A DNA stretch of 52,093 nt from Mitosporidium daphniae (Eukaryota). Positions within the stretch are counted from its first letter, which is position 1; the number at the start of each line of letters is the position of its first letter. Location: positions 1 through 52,093 of the forward strand of contig NW_013546600.1 of assembly GCF_000760515.2 (NCBI RefSeq), written 5' to 3'. The notes beneath the pieces are model-generated. The model worked only from the letters and a program-made list of their open reading frames with translations, had not been told where the DNA came from and ran no database searches. The position numbers and the translations under genes were made by a program. Below are positions 1-12,087 of the stretch, one piece after another.

Positions 1-1511
1 TGCATATGATAATCTAGAGCTTAAAAACTAGGTTTACTTGGCATTGGTGACGACCAGTATTTCTTCAGATTCGTTCATGTAGGTCCTCGTCCTGCTTGAT
101 TCTATTGGCTTTCCATCTCTGCCAAGATGGGCATAAAAGCAAGAACTCCCAAATGGACAAGGAGTGGCTCCCTGCCGAAAATGTCGGCATGGTATTGACC
201 TAGGAGATTATCATATGCAAAGGAAAGCTACCTAAGCTTGTTTTTATAGTTTTCTATGACAAGAGATTTTTGTGCCTGATCTGCGCACCAAATCAAAGAT
301 GGTGTAATGAAGTGTGTATTAACCCTGCAAATGGGACAGGACCTACATATTGAAGAATCGACGTTTTGAGAAGCCCTCCATGACCTGATACACTCTAAGC
401 AAAAAGGATGATTGCAATTCAGTAGGCCAAATTTTGTTATCCCATTTACAGGCAATGGTTCCAAACAAATTCCACATTCAAGCTCACAGGTTTTGCTATC
501 CGCCAAGCTGTGTTCAAAAAGGTTGGCATCAAGTTTGTCGCCACAAGTATCCTTGCATTGAGAAATGTGAAGTTCTCTTGCCCGAGAATCAGAGGGATGT
601 AGGATAAATAAAAAGCAATGTGGACATTTAAGTCCATGGTAATATATACAACGATCGCCAAGAGTACAAGTAGCGGTTTCGGACCCAGGACAGATTTGAT
701 CCAACTTTCCATTCATATTTATAGTATGCCTATGGCCCCCCTTCAAAGAATCTGCAGAAGAATACATCTTAGCGTTTGTTTTTATAGGAAGTGAAGATTT
801 CAGTGCAGAGGAATACGAAGCTGAGGGATATTTTTTCTTCGACTCCAATGGTAGCTCTTGGCCCCCTATTTTTGGGTAGGGGAAGCAAGCAATTTCCTGC
901 TGAGAAAATGTGGCGGGCTCATTTTCCGCTCGAAGATCAAAGGAGCCTATGGAGCTTCTGGAAAAAAACAATGACCTTTGTTCTTGTAATTCAAGCTCAA
1001 ACAACTGGGCTTCGTCCGGCTCATCAAATAATTTCCCTTCATATGAATGGTCCTCGAAACAAGCATCGGTGGTAGTGGATATGGGGTCTGATTTTACCGA
1101 GTTTTTGGAATTCTCAAAAAACTCGTCGTTGTCTAGCTTTATGGCAGCAATTGTATCCTTTTCAGACTTTAGAAGTGGGCTTGGAAGAGAATTTGAAGAT
1201 TTTGTATGAAGGAAAATACATTTAGAACCATATTTACAAGAACCCTTTTGATAGTAAGTACATACAAGTGGTGTGTTCGGTATATTCTGGCCGTTGCCCT
1301 TTGAGAGCTCAAGATGATTTTTCAGTTCCTTATTTTTAAAATGGAGGTATTTACACGACTTTCCAGCAGTACAGCTTCCAAGTAGGTAAAATTTACACGG
1401 CAAAGGGATGATGCCATTTGAGTGCTTGCTTGACACGTTGGTATTTCCTCCTGCATGCTGGTCAGATGTATTTCGGTCTCTAGAAATAACGGTCCAATTA
1501 GAATCCCCCAT
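1..1511 (-). CDS. Makorin-family CCCH/RING E3 ubiquitin ligase (3' end probably runs off the window)
   Basis: Two N-terminal CCCH fingers (CKFYLLGSCTAGKSCKYLH; CTYYQKGSCKYGSKCIFLH) and a RING (CGICLE...CNHPFCLECIRSWR...CPICR). A 32-nt GT-AG intron at 200-231 joins the C-terminal finger IPCRHFRQGATPCPFGSSCFYAH. A possible 24-nt intron lies at 14-37. Confidence 0.9.
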
Positions 1512-1538
1512 AAGCCTGAAAATTAATTCGGTTGCAAT

Positions 1539-2819
1539 TTATTGTTTACAAACCTCGGGGCCGATTGAACAGATTCCGTATTTAAAATACTGGGACCTGT
1601 TGATTTCGATCCTTGACTGATCATAGCAATAATTTACGACCATCCCCAAGCTGCTTTCAATTAGTTTTTCGCTAAAGGCTACTTTTAGCAAAAGTTACCT
1701 AAAATCCCCGAGGACGACAATATCCCAAAATATTGCACCATTTCCCAAGTGAAAATTTGCTATAAAATGTCTGGTCTCTCAAGCCTTACCTACCGGGTCT
1801 ATGCATCTGTTATTCCTTCTGGCACCGACAATGTATCTGTATATGAGTCTTTTAAAAAGAAATTGAAGATCCTCTTTCTGATAAGGCTCGATAAATGCTT
1901 GCAGCCTTTCTTTTGTGATTGGAGTGCAGGATAAAAGCAACTTTAGATCGAACAGAAATCCTAGAGGTACAGCGTAGCAGGAGATCTTATTTTCAAGCTC
2001 ATCCTCTTGCTCTTTAAGCCATTTTACGAATCCAGGAATCGGCGAAAAGGTGATCAATCTCTTCACAGAGGGGTAGTTCCGTTCAAGTTGATGGGTAACC
2101 TCTTTCAACAAAGTGGATCCAAGAGATAGTCCTGTTAGCCCTAAAACTGAATCCAGATTTTTTACCTTTATGGGGAGCAGAAATTGAATAAAAGATCACC
2201 TGCTGAGGCTTTTCTTTTGCAAAGGGAGAATGCCCGTCCCATTGCATGCAAGTGCTGAGAAGATTATCAGAAAAGAATGCAATCACAAAAGCAAGAGGTT
2301 CCTTCATGATGGATGAAGAAAATAAAGCATAGCACGTCTTTGGCCATACCAACCTGGTTTTCAATTGAGCCAAATTTTCGGACGGCCTGATAATGTCATT
2401 CTTTTGGATCTAAAACGGGGTTAGGGTGAGCCGTTTCATTTACGAATTGCAATATTTTTTCATTTGAATTAGCGGTTACTTTTGCGCATCGAAGTTTACG
2501 CTTTTTCAAAGTTGCTGCCTGCAGTTCCATCAGTGCTTTATCCAACGCCTTCAGGCTGTTCTTCTCGGCAGCAAAAACCGCAGATGAGCATTTTAGCAAC
2601 TAAATTAATGATCGAAATTACGTCGATTACTTGAAGAAGCCCTCTTAATTTCATAATTCTTTTGAAATCATTGCGATTTAACGCACAGAAAGATCGATCC
2701 AATTTGAGGATGGGCTCTGTAAATCCCGATAAAAGAGTTGATATTTTTTTCTAAAGCCGGAATGATTGTCTTATGATTCTTACCCATGAGAAAGGTCTCC
2801 ATCTAATTTCTTGCGTCAT
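1539..2819 (-). CDS. MLYCD: Malonyl-CoA decarboxylase, multi-exon
   Basis: Spliced product contains FYSISAPHKGLTGLSLGSTLLK, TFSPIPGFVKWL, DPVANFHLGNGA and SLGMVVNYCY, all MCD motifs including the catalytic Ser and His positions. Several 25-34 nt introns. Confidence 0.88.
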
Positions 2820-2961
2820 TTTAGTGCTATTTTCTGTTGCGCTTTTGCAGAAGCAATGACTTAACATCTGGCGAACGGGAGATGTCAAGCGCCGACGGAA
2901 CATTTCAAATTTAAATAATAATTTTAATGCTTGGATATCAAATCAGCCTGTAGCCGGTTGG

Positions 2962-5101
2962 CTATGTTTGGAATTTGGGAGCCCTTTTTTTCCTTGCTTG
3001 GTAATTCCTGGTGATGCGCTTTTTGGTTGGAAGGGGCGCATTTGGATGGCTTTTCTTATCCATAAGTTTTGAAAATCCGGGAATCTTTTCCGAGTCAATA
3101 TCGGCATTCAAGCTATCCTGGTCTGAGGGCAGAATGGTGATATTGGACCTAATATTGTCGTATATGCCCCTGACATTACATTCACCGCCCGGTCGTCCAT
3201 AAGCAAAGTCTAAAAGAGTGTTGATGGCATCATTGCGTATTGACCATATTTCCCGTTTTCCCCCTTTGAACGAATCCACATCTTGTGGTCGTTTGCAAAG
3301 AGCATTTAGCTTTGAGCGCAAATCCCATCTCTCGGCATTTACAACGGATAAATATAGATGTTGAATGGCCTTCAAACTGGGCGGGTCAATTTTGGCTTTA
3401 TCCATCTGGTCGATGTACGAAACAGCGGTGTCCAGCTGCTTGGCATTGGCCGCTGTATCGATCAAATAGTGCCAAGCCTTTCGAGTTATCATATTGAAAT
3501 CGTCGACTTTGAACTTTAGCTTGGAGGCAGAGGCAAAATCGCCGGTTCTCATATAAAACAAGAACATGTGCTGATATGTGTATTTGTCGTGTGCAATATT
3601 CATTATTGCAAACTGGTTGTGGAAAAATTTCTCAATTTCTGCCTTTTGTCCATGTGTTGCCAATATCGAAAGATAATGATTCAAAATGAAGGGCTCCATT
3701 TTTATGTAGGAGTATTTCAATGAAAGAAGATTCCAAACATCCGTAGCCTGCTTGACAATATCTGTCGGAAGCAGGTCGTAATGGAAGGAGATTTTTTTAC
3801 GCTTTGCGTCCCTTTTTGAGATAGGAATATTGGCCAAAAGCCGGAACATCGCCGCAAAGGAGTAAATGTTTGGTCGATCCCAATTTCCTGTTTTATCCAC
3901 GCCAATCAAAACGCTCCAAACCTTGTAAAACGCCTCTAAATCACAATTGATGGCGTGGGCTTGAAGCATGAAATTACACAAATTCAAGTGAAGCGGCCGT
4001 CCAGAGTCATAAATACGCTTTATAATTGCAAAGGCTTGTTCTTGAAATTCTTTTTTGGATGCACATGCATGAAGAAGGCTTTCTAGCACATGGTTTGATG
4101 GGATAATCGATTCAGACTCCATATCTCTTACGATCTTTAAAGCACGTTCGATTTCAAAATTCTAAAAAATCAAAATCGTCAAACCGACTTACCTTTGCGC
4201 ACAAGTCAATCATCAATGAGTACGTGTACATTGGCAAAGTGAATTTTGACTTGGCCTCGTAGAAAATGCTCCATGCCGTTTTAACGGCTGCCTTTTTAAT
4301 CAAAGCGGAGAGCAGTGAGTTTAGGATCGCCGGGGGTGGCACCATATCATTTACACGCAAATGACAATACATTTGGAGAGCATCGGATAGCCTTGACGCC
4401 TTGATATGAGCTTCTAAAACCAGAGAATATAGCCAGAGGCTTTGTCCAATTTGAAGCTCAGTGCATTTCTTATAAAGGGCTATAGCAGCGTCTGGATCTT
4501 TTAGTCTGATTGATGCTAGCAGTGCATAATAAATATGAGAATAAGAAACACTAATATCGCCCTTTCCAACCATCTCGTCAATTAAAGAGATCGGGTGGAT
4601 AGGGTTATCTTTTGAAATCTGCCCGAGCCTCCTAATCCATGGGCACGCCATTGAAAGGGGTTGTGGGGCGTTGGGACGCGAATCGACCAAAGTGGAAGCT
4701 TTTCGCTCTGTAAATACACGCTCCTCGTGCTTATAAGAGGAGCAAGGGGAAGAGGAAGTCGTTCCGTTCTGCTCCGAACCAGCATATTGCGGTTCAGGTA
4801 AGGGAATTTGGTATTTAAATGGATGGTCAGAGAAATTTTCAAGGCTCACCGCAGATAGCAACGCTCGCAATCGAGGGGTTGAATCGTTGCTCATAAGAAA
4901 CCTATAAATGGTCGACTTGTCTTCAATGGGCATCGTCCAGTCTGTTTTGCCTTCAAATGGGCATTTCTTTGTTTGTGGAATTGAATCCTTTTTCTCGCCA
5001 TAAACAAAATCCTTTAGCTTAAATTTGTTTTTCTTGATCCGCCTAGGAGTGGAGGAGCGAGCTGTGCGGGAATAAAGCGCTCTGCACGAATACAAGAGCA
5101 T
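2962..5101 (-). CDS. Pentatricopeptide-repeat (PPR) protein, likely mitochondrial
   Basis: ORFs 4154-5101 and 2962-4122 are joined by a GTAAGT...TAG intron near 4161-4192. Contains PPR-like helical repeats (LYSLVLEAHIKASRLSDALQMY; TYSLMIDLCAK; TYQHMFLFYMRTGDF) and an Arg/Ser-rich presequence-like N-terminus. Confidence 0.8.
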
Positions 5102-5155
5102 TTCGAATTTTTACTTCCAACCCTTGGAAGTTGAATTTAAATCAATTTTATCGCC

Positions 5156-6866
5156 ATGGATGAGGATTTTGTTCACATAAGCAGCGATTCGTATATTTCA
5201 CATGTGCTATTTATGTAGGATTTTGACGCTAATCTTGGATTTCCTGAGGGAACATTATCCGGAATTGGATATTTCCTCAATAACGAATGTACCTTCAATG
5301 GAGTAAAAGTTTAGGCTTGTCAATCGGGCACCAGTCCGCCAATGCCAAACGACATTTGCAAGAAAATGATGGCTGGAAATTGGGGTACAGTTCTTGAGAT
5401 GCTTCCAAACATGCATATTTCGTCTTCACTTAAGTATGAAACGTATCAGCAGGTAGCTTTTTAGGGTTTTATTTAGACAATTCTAGAGCTCATCCATGTT
5501 AAAGAGTACGGTGTCGCCAACTCGCTCTTGAAGTACATAAAGGGCGCATTGAAGCTAAAAATTGATTCTCAGCTTCATTGGATTGAATCGCTTATTTCAA
5601 CTCCATCTACACTCATCACCACTGAAGAGCTCGCCGAAAGGCGAGAAAGGCTCGTTTCAAGTTTAGATAGTTCTTTTAGATCATAGAATATGAAAAGGAA
5701 ATGCTTCCTGCTACGCCTGCTGCCTCTCTTTTAGAGGCTATCGGTGATTCATTGCGATACAAATTCTTGCTCTCTCAAAGGCTCAAGACCCCGTCTCTCC
5801 CTTCTCTTCCAGCTCACATTGGATCTCATAAAGTTCGACATGGATTTTCTTATGATAGTTTGATTTGGATTATCGTGTTGAGTCTGCTGCTTTTTCAAAT
5901 GATGGCTTGTGCTTGTTTCTTGGCACCAAGGATGGCTTTATCGAGGCTTGGGATCCATTTTTGATGAAGCCAAACCAAACGGGCTCACCGATGATCTTGA
6001 AAGATTCGTATGCCCTATCTATGGTTTTTCATCCAATTTCTTCATATATTTTTGCTGCTGGGAGCAGCAATGGCGAGATATCCGTAGGGCCATACCGACT
6101 TATGTTAGATTTGGAATTTATCGACAAATATGCCAACTTTGATCTTCAAGGTGTCTGACCATCCAGTTTCTACGCTTCGTTTTACTAGTTCTGGAAGCAG
6201 TCTTTTGGCGTCCGTGTCTAGCAATTTTAACATTTTGTATGCTTGGTGATGCTTACTTTCAGACTCTATGCCGCCTCTTCTGGAGAGCTATTACACCAAT
6301 TTTCGGGACACAAAGGAAATGTCATCGATTTTTTGCTGGTCAATGGCGACAAGACTTTAATTAGCTCCTCCTTTGACAATACAATCAGGGTACTATTGCG
6401 GACATCTTATGCCTGTAGATATGGGATTTTGAGCTTGCAAGATGTTATGCAGTGGTTGATAGCTTTGCTTGCCCGCCGCTTGTTGCCTCATTGAAAAGGT
6501 TCGATGAAAAGTGTTTTTCGTGCTTCAATTCCGATTGCATTTATATATTCGACTTTATGGGAAAGGTAAGCCGGTTGTCTGACTTACAAGCTTATCCAAA
6601 AATTCTCGATCCCGTTTAATGCCAATGAGAGACATATTGTGGGGGTCTTCGCTCTTTCCCTGCATTCATTCGGGGTCATTTCAAATGATACTTTACGAAG
6701 AACCTCTAAGCTTTGGATTGTCAATGCGGACAATTTGACCGAAATAGCATGTGTAAATATAAACGACTATGTTTCTGGATTCGTCTTTAATGGCGAAGGA
6801 TTGGTCCTATATTCTGCAGCGGGGAACTTGACCTTTTGGCACTTTGATGTGTCCATCGGTAAATAG
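5156..6866 (+). CDS. SMU1: SMU1-like LisH/CTLH-WD40 spliceosomal protein, divergent
   Basis: Spliced N-terminus ISSDSILTLILDFLREH...MAGNWGTVLEML...YQQTILELIHVKEYGVANSLL...PAASLLEAIGDSL parallels SMU1. Followed by WD40 repeats (VESAAFSNDG, FSGHKGNV...SSSFDNTIR). About 8 tiny introns. Confidence 0.75.
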
Positions 6867-6888
6867 GGAAATAAATAAGTTTATTGGG

Positions 6889-7935
6889 TTACTTCTTACC
6901 TTTTGATTTTTTAAAACTCACGCCCTCAAATCCAGGTCTTTTCTTGGCATTGGATGCGGGTTTCTTTTGCGTTCTCTGAGTGCCCAGCTTCTTTTGGGTC
7001 CTCTGATTTTCAGGTTTTTTTTGGGTCCTCTGATTGTCCGGCTTCTTTTGAGTCTTCTGGCTTTCCAGCCTTTTTTTCCATTCTTTAGTGCTTTTTTCTT
7101 TCTGCTTCTGTTTCCTTTTGAGTGCATTCCTTAAGATATTTGGATCGTCCACGATCTTTGCTCCTTGTACCCTTGCTATGGCATTGGACCAAGCCTCTTT
7201 TTCTACGATTTGAGCCGCCTTTTCGGGATTGACTTTTTCTAGTTTTTGAAGCTTGGCTTTTTTCTCTAATAGTTTTTGAATGGAATGAGACAGATCTCTC
7301 TTTATGGGAACGATGGGTGCAATTTCGGTCTTTCCAGAAAGGTCAAATTTGCTTGTCTTTTTTTGGGCAACACTCGGGGATACCATTTGATTTGTGGCGT
7401 CTTTTTCCTGTCTGCGGTTAGCCAATGCCTTGTTTTTTTTCTGAGAAAGCTTTATCTTCTTTTTGGAGTGCGGCTCCGTATCTGGCTTAAACTCGCAGGA
7501 ATTTTGCTTGTTTTTGGCAATCGCTATTTTCCTAAGCTCTGATCTCGATGGCTTGTCTGAGGAAAGCCGAACATACGAATTCTTTTGGACAGAAGATTGT
7601 TGCTTATTTTGGATTTCTCCTATTTTCTTCGAAACAATTTCTTTCAACTCGGCAGCCGATAGAGATTCTTTGGCTTCAATTTTTGAAGATTTTTGGCGCT
7701 CTTTATCTGGATTGGCTAGCTTGAAAGCAGGAATAGTGGAGCTGCTGCTGCGCATATTGACAAAATATTTGCGCGCGCCAGAGGTCAAAGGCCCATCGAA
7801 CACCGCGTTTTTATCTGTCAGTTCATCATCTGAATGATCTTCATTTTTATGGCGTTGGAAATTGAAATGAGATGTCATGCTGGAAATTAGCATGGAAAAG
7901 TAATCCAAGTCATCGAGGGTACAAAGAGAAGCCAT
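6889..7935 (-). CDS. RRP14: SURF6/Rrp14 nucleolar ribosome-biogenesis protein
   Basis: Lys-rich protein with AWSNAIARVQGAKIVDDPNILRNALKRKQKQKEKSTKEWKKR and C-terminal KRPGFEG, the SURF6 domain signature. Confidence 0.88.
   Translation of the reverse strand: MASLCTLDDLDYFSMLISSMTSHFNFQRHKNEDHSDDELTDKNAVFDGPLTSGARKYFVNMRSSSSTIPAFKLANPDKERQKSSKIEAKESLSAAELKEIVSKKIGEIQNKQQSSVQKNSYVRLSSDKPSRSELRKIAIAKNKQNSCEFKPDTEPHSKKKIKLSQKKNKALANRRQEKDATNQMVSPSVAQKKTSKFDLSGKTEIAPIVPIKRDLSHSIQKLLEKKAKLQKLEKVNPEKAAQIVEKEAWSNAIARVQGAKIVDDPNILRNALKRKQKQKEKSTKEWKKRLESQKTQKKPDNQRTQKKPENQRTQKKLGTQRTQKKPASNAKKRPGFEGVSFKKSKGKK
6952..7059 (-). repeat. Coding minisatellite, 4 x 27 bp (QRTQKKPxN)
   Basis: QKTQKKPDN-QRTQKKPEN-QRTQKKLGT-QRTQKKPAS within the SURF6 C-terminus. 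Confidence 0.9.
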
Positions 7936-7959
7936 TAAAAAAAATCTGTAAATTTTATT

Positions 7960-8492
7960 CTAATGAAAAATCCATCTATTAAATGCATTTAGCACCCTTT
8001 TGTCAAACTCGGAGTTTTCCTTGATCGATAGCGGGTGGAAAAACGGAGATAAAAAGGTCTAAATGCTTTAGCGGAATCAAGGTACAATAAGAAAATACTC
8101 GTGAACGTCCACAAGAAAGGATTTTATATTCGACTCTGGGGTCGGGCTGTGCAAAAGAACAAACCGGACACCTTGGATAGTTAGTTAAATACGGCATCAC
8201 ATTGGCCAAACCTGATGGTAATACATAGGCAGATATGGAGATGTCTCGCATTTTGTCTATTTGCCTCAAATATCTAGTGCATTAAGATGAGTTGGCGCGG
8301 TTGACCTACGTTGTTGATGAGTGTTTTTTGATTTCATCGAAAAAGTCGAGCGAGGCATACAGTAGAAACTGGCCATTGGCTTCATCCAATTCTGAAGACT
8401 ACGGTTATAACGACATGTGCTACAGTATCGTATTTTTTAAACTCGTATAAAAGATTATCGTTGCCATCGACTATACACAGATGGTATTTCAT
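7960..8492 (-). CDS. TRS20: TRAPP subunit Sedlin/Trs20 (TRAPPC2), multi-exon
   Basis: Manual splicing gives MKYHLCIVDGNDNLLYEF...QFLLYASLDFFDE...YLRQIDKMRDISISAYVLPSG-VRFVLLH...NIKSFLVDVHEYF...SPFF...NSEFDKRV, matching the sedlin pattern. Confidence 0.82.
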
Positions 8493-8617
8493 ATGGAAAT
8501 TCAAAGCTCACGCGGAAATTTTAATTCTGGCCGTCCACTTTTTGGTTTTGGCCAAAATTTTAAATTAGCAATAGCTAATAGCTAACCCGTAAACTAAGAT
8601 TGGGGACCGTTTTTAAA

Positions 8618-10259
8618 ATGACATCGTCCGAACAAGCGACCACCGAGCAAGCCCAAGCTCTTATTTTAGATGCTCTGCAGCACAAAGAAAGCATCGCTTC
8701 CACAGAAGCACTCTTTTCCGGCCGTAACATCGACAACAATATTGTTTTCGGAGCGCTAAAGAGCCTTGCGACATATGAAAAGATCAATTACGAATCGATT
8801 GAGTCGGAAAAGTGGACCATTACTGATGAGGGCTCTCAAATCTGCACTTCCGGAAGCCACGAGTATCGTGTTCTCATGCACGTCAAACAGGCGATGCCAA
8901 CTGGAATTACCTCGTCCGAGCTGGAGGTAACCTTTAGGGCTAGGGTTATTTTTAGGCTAAACTTGGCGTCGAGCCTGCGAAAATCGGCCAATCCATTTGC
9001 TTCAAAAACAAGTGGATCCATCTAGAAAATGGCCGTTTACTTTCCTCTCCTAAAGCATCCGAATGTGATGAAGATCGTACGGCAACATTGCTCTCTAGGC
9101 TTCCTTGCGCTTTGGAGGGATTAACACTGGCTGAGAAGCAGTCTTTTGTTGATCTCAAGCGAAGAAAGCTTGCCGAATTGACTAGGGTTACCACATACTC
9201 GGTAAGTAGGGGCCCAAGATTTACCGATGAAATCGAAAAGCCATTTCTTGAACTTACTGCGCACATGGTTGCTTCTGGCTCATGGAAAGACCGCCCCTTC
9301 AAGCCCTACAACTTTGACTCGGACGGTCCAAAAAGACCCTGTGGTCATCTTCATCCGCTGCTGAAAGTTAGAAGCGAATTCAGACAAATTTTCTTTGAAA
9401 TGGGGTATGTTTTCCGGTTTCCAACTTTTGGTTCTTAGATTTTCGGAGATGTCTACCGATAGGTTTGTGGAAAACTCCTTTTGGAATTTTGATGCTTTGT
9501 TTGTGCCTCAGCAGCACCCGGCGAGAGATTCTCAGGACACCTTTTTTACGGAAAGCCCAGCAAAGTCTGCAAACCTTCCCGAGGCATATGTTGCTCAAGT
9601 TCAAAAAATCCATATGGAGGGTGGATTTGGATCTCTCGGATATCGGGCACCATGGTCGGTTGAGGAGACTCAAAAAAACGTCTTAAGAACCCATACCACG
9701 GCAGTTTCTGCCCGAATGCTCTATGCTCTCGCAAAAGAGGTAGTTTGCGGTTTCTAATTGCAGCCAAAATTCCGGCCCGTCAAGCTCTTTTCGATTGACA
9801 AGGTGTTCCGAAACGAATCTGTCGATGCTACGCATCTAGCAGAGTTCCACCAGATCGAAGGGGTGATAGCGGATGTAAACTTGACTCTTGGCGATCTGAT
9901 GGGGGTGCTAAATTCGTTCTTTTCAAAATTGGGCATGAAGAACCTGAAATTCAAGCCAACTTACAATCCGTACACTGAGCCCAGTATGGAAATCTTTAGC
10001 TTTCATGAGGGTACCGATGTGTTCATACTTTAATTTAGGGTTACAAAAGTGGATTGAGGTCGGCAACTCTGGCATCTTTCGTCCCGAGATGTTGAGGCCA
10101 ATGGGCTTTGATGAGTCAGTGTCCGTGCTCGCCTGGGGGCTGTCCCTCGAAAGGCCGACCATGATCAAGTACAAAATCAATAACATTCGAGATCTTGTTG
10201 GCCACAAGGTCGACTTGAACATGATCTACAGCAATCCAATTTGCCAGCTCGACAAATAA
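8618..10259 (+). CDS. FRS2: Phenylalanyl-tRNA synthetase alpha subunit (cytosolic)
   Basis: [94 protein letters not shown]; 4 short introns. Confidence 0.97.
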
Positions 10260-10363
10260 AGGTCTTTTACTTGAGAATTTATTAAAAAAATCCCCCAAAT
10301 GGGATCATCTTGCAGTGACGAAATAAAAGAAGGACCTTTTTTAATGGTCAATGGAGGTGGCTT

Positions 10364-12043
10364 TTAATTTCCAGTTGCTTTGGAAGAAACCGTTTTGACC
10401 TTGCCATCGGGGATAAAGATAAGCCTTAAAGTATTGCCGGCAGCATCTTCAGAATGCGAGTCGACAATGTAGAAGCCAAGCCGTTCCAATTGAATGATAT
10501 CTCCAACCTTGAGAAGCGACATTGCGGGCTCACCAACAGCTTCCATTACAAACTCGGATTTTGGCGTGATAAAGTCTTCCAGCTTATCATTCTCTTCGAG
10601 CTTCTTCTTCGTGATGAGAAAATCGTAGTCAAGTAATTGGATGGAGGCAAGACATGGTGATTTGGAGATCCAAGTGATTTTCTTTTTGGTATCTTTCACG
10701 CTGCCATCAAGGTTGAGCTTTGCAAAAATACAAAGTTTGCCATCACACGAGTCCGAGGTATTTTCAGCAACTCTGGTAACGATTAAATTCCCCCATTTCA
10801 TGAGAGTGATCTCTTCCCCAACCGAAAGGTCCTTGGCATCCTGATGAGATATCAGAAGATTTGATGAAAAGCAGACGTTTTTGGTGCCAAATTCCGGGTT
10901 TTTTGGGTGCAGATTGATCTCTTTGTTTTGGGGATCCAAGGGGCCATCTTCGATGATCAAGCTGACGGGATCAGTAAGCGCGGTGTATCGATGAGCCATG
11001 GGGTCGATAACCTTTTTGTTTATGGCCCAAAGTTTGTCCCATTCCAGAAGAAGCGAATTTTTAGATGCACCCTGCATAAGGATGTAATGCTTCAACGCAG
11101 AAAGCGTCAGCCCTCTTCTAAGAATGCCCCTTACGGTGGGGAACCTAGGGTCATCCCATCCAGATACAATTCCAGAGTTTACAAACAAATTTAGCTTTCG
11201 TTTCGAAAGAAGAGTGTAAACGAAATTCAGCCTTGAATAGTCCCAAATAAAGGGGCGGCGTAGGCCAAGTGCTTGGATGAACCAATAATACTGGTCGTTT
11301 CGGTCGTGATACTCATTTGTTCGAAGAGCATGGGTGACTCCTTCAATAGAATCGACTATGGGGCATGCAAAGTCATACGTGGGATACACCTTGTACTTGC
11401 TACCGGTGCGATGATGGGGCATTTCAACGCAGCAGCGATAAATAACCGGATCGCGCAAGGCCTTATTTGGAGAATCAACGCTCATTTTCGCACGAATGCA
11501 AAATACTTGTGCATCATCGTCGCCGCGAATCATCCTCTCAAAAATGGCCTTGCTTTCGTCAGCGGAGGTCTCTCTTCTTGCAGAGGCAATGCCAGAAAAT
11601 CTGCCTTGGCGCATGGTTTCTTGAGGGGTATCGTCTGCGTAAGCAAGCCCATGGTCTATCAATTTAAAAGCAAATTCGATGAGCTGGTCAAAGTAGTCTG
11701 ATGTGTAGGAAAGAATGTCTCCTCGCACGCCTAGAAGAGCTAAATCTTCAATGATGGACGTTTCGAATTCCATCTTTTCTTTGAGCGGATTTGTGTCATC
11801 AAATCGAATGATTAGCTTTCCCCCGTACATTCTAGCAAAATACTCGTTGAGCAAAGCGGCTTTTGCATGGCCAATGTGAAGATATCCAGATGGCTCTGGT
11901 GGAAATCTGGTGACAACCTCGCCATATTTTGCCCCCTCCAGAGAGATGTCAAATGAACCTTGATCCTTGGAGGAGGTGGCCGACTCGGGTTTAATTCTTG
12001 AATTGGAAAGTTCTGAAGCGAGCTTATCAACAGCACAATCCAT
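10364..12043 (-). CDS. GUS1: Glutamyl-tRNA synthetase (cytosolic type), intronless
   Basis: VVTRFPPEPSGYLHIGHAKA (HIGH motif), LLSKRKL, GWDDPRFPTVRG and the anticodon-binding beta barrels (IIQLERLGFY). Confidence 0.96.
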   Translation of the reverse strand: MDCAVDKLASELSNSRIKPESATSSKDQGSFDISLEGAKYGEVVTRFPPEPSGYLHIGHAKAALLNEYFARMYGGKLIIRFDDTNPLKEKMEFETSIIEDLALLGVRGDILSYTSDYFDQLIEFAFKLIDHGLAYADDTPQETMRQGRFSGIASARRETSADESKAIFERMIRGDDDAQVFCIRAKMSVDSPNKALRDPVIYRCCVEMPHHRTGSKYKVYPTYDFACPIVDSIEGVTHALRTNEYHDRNDQYYWFIQALGLRRPFIWDYSRLNFVYTLLSKRKLNLFVNSGIVSGWDDPRFPTVRGILRRGLTLSALKHYILMQGASKNSLLLEWDKLWAINKKVIDPMAHRYTALTDPVSLIIEDGPLDPQNKEINLHPKNPEFGTKNVCFSSNLLISHQDAKDLSVGEEITLMKWGNLIVTRVAENTSDSCDGKLCIFAKLNLDGSVKDTKKKITWISKSPCLASIQLLDYDFLITKKKLEENDKLEDFITPKSEFVMEAVGEPAMSLLKVGDIIQLERLGFYIVDSHSEDAAGNTLRLIFIPDGKVKTVSSKATGN

Positions 12044-12087
12044 CGCAAATTAAGTTGCACTTGCACAATTTAATTTATTTTAATTTT

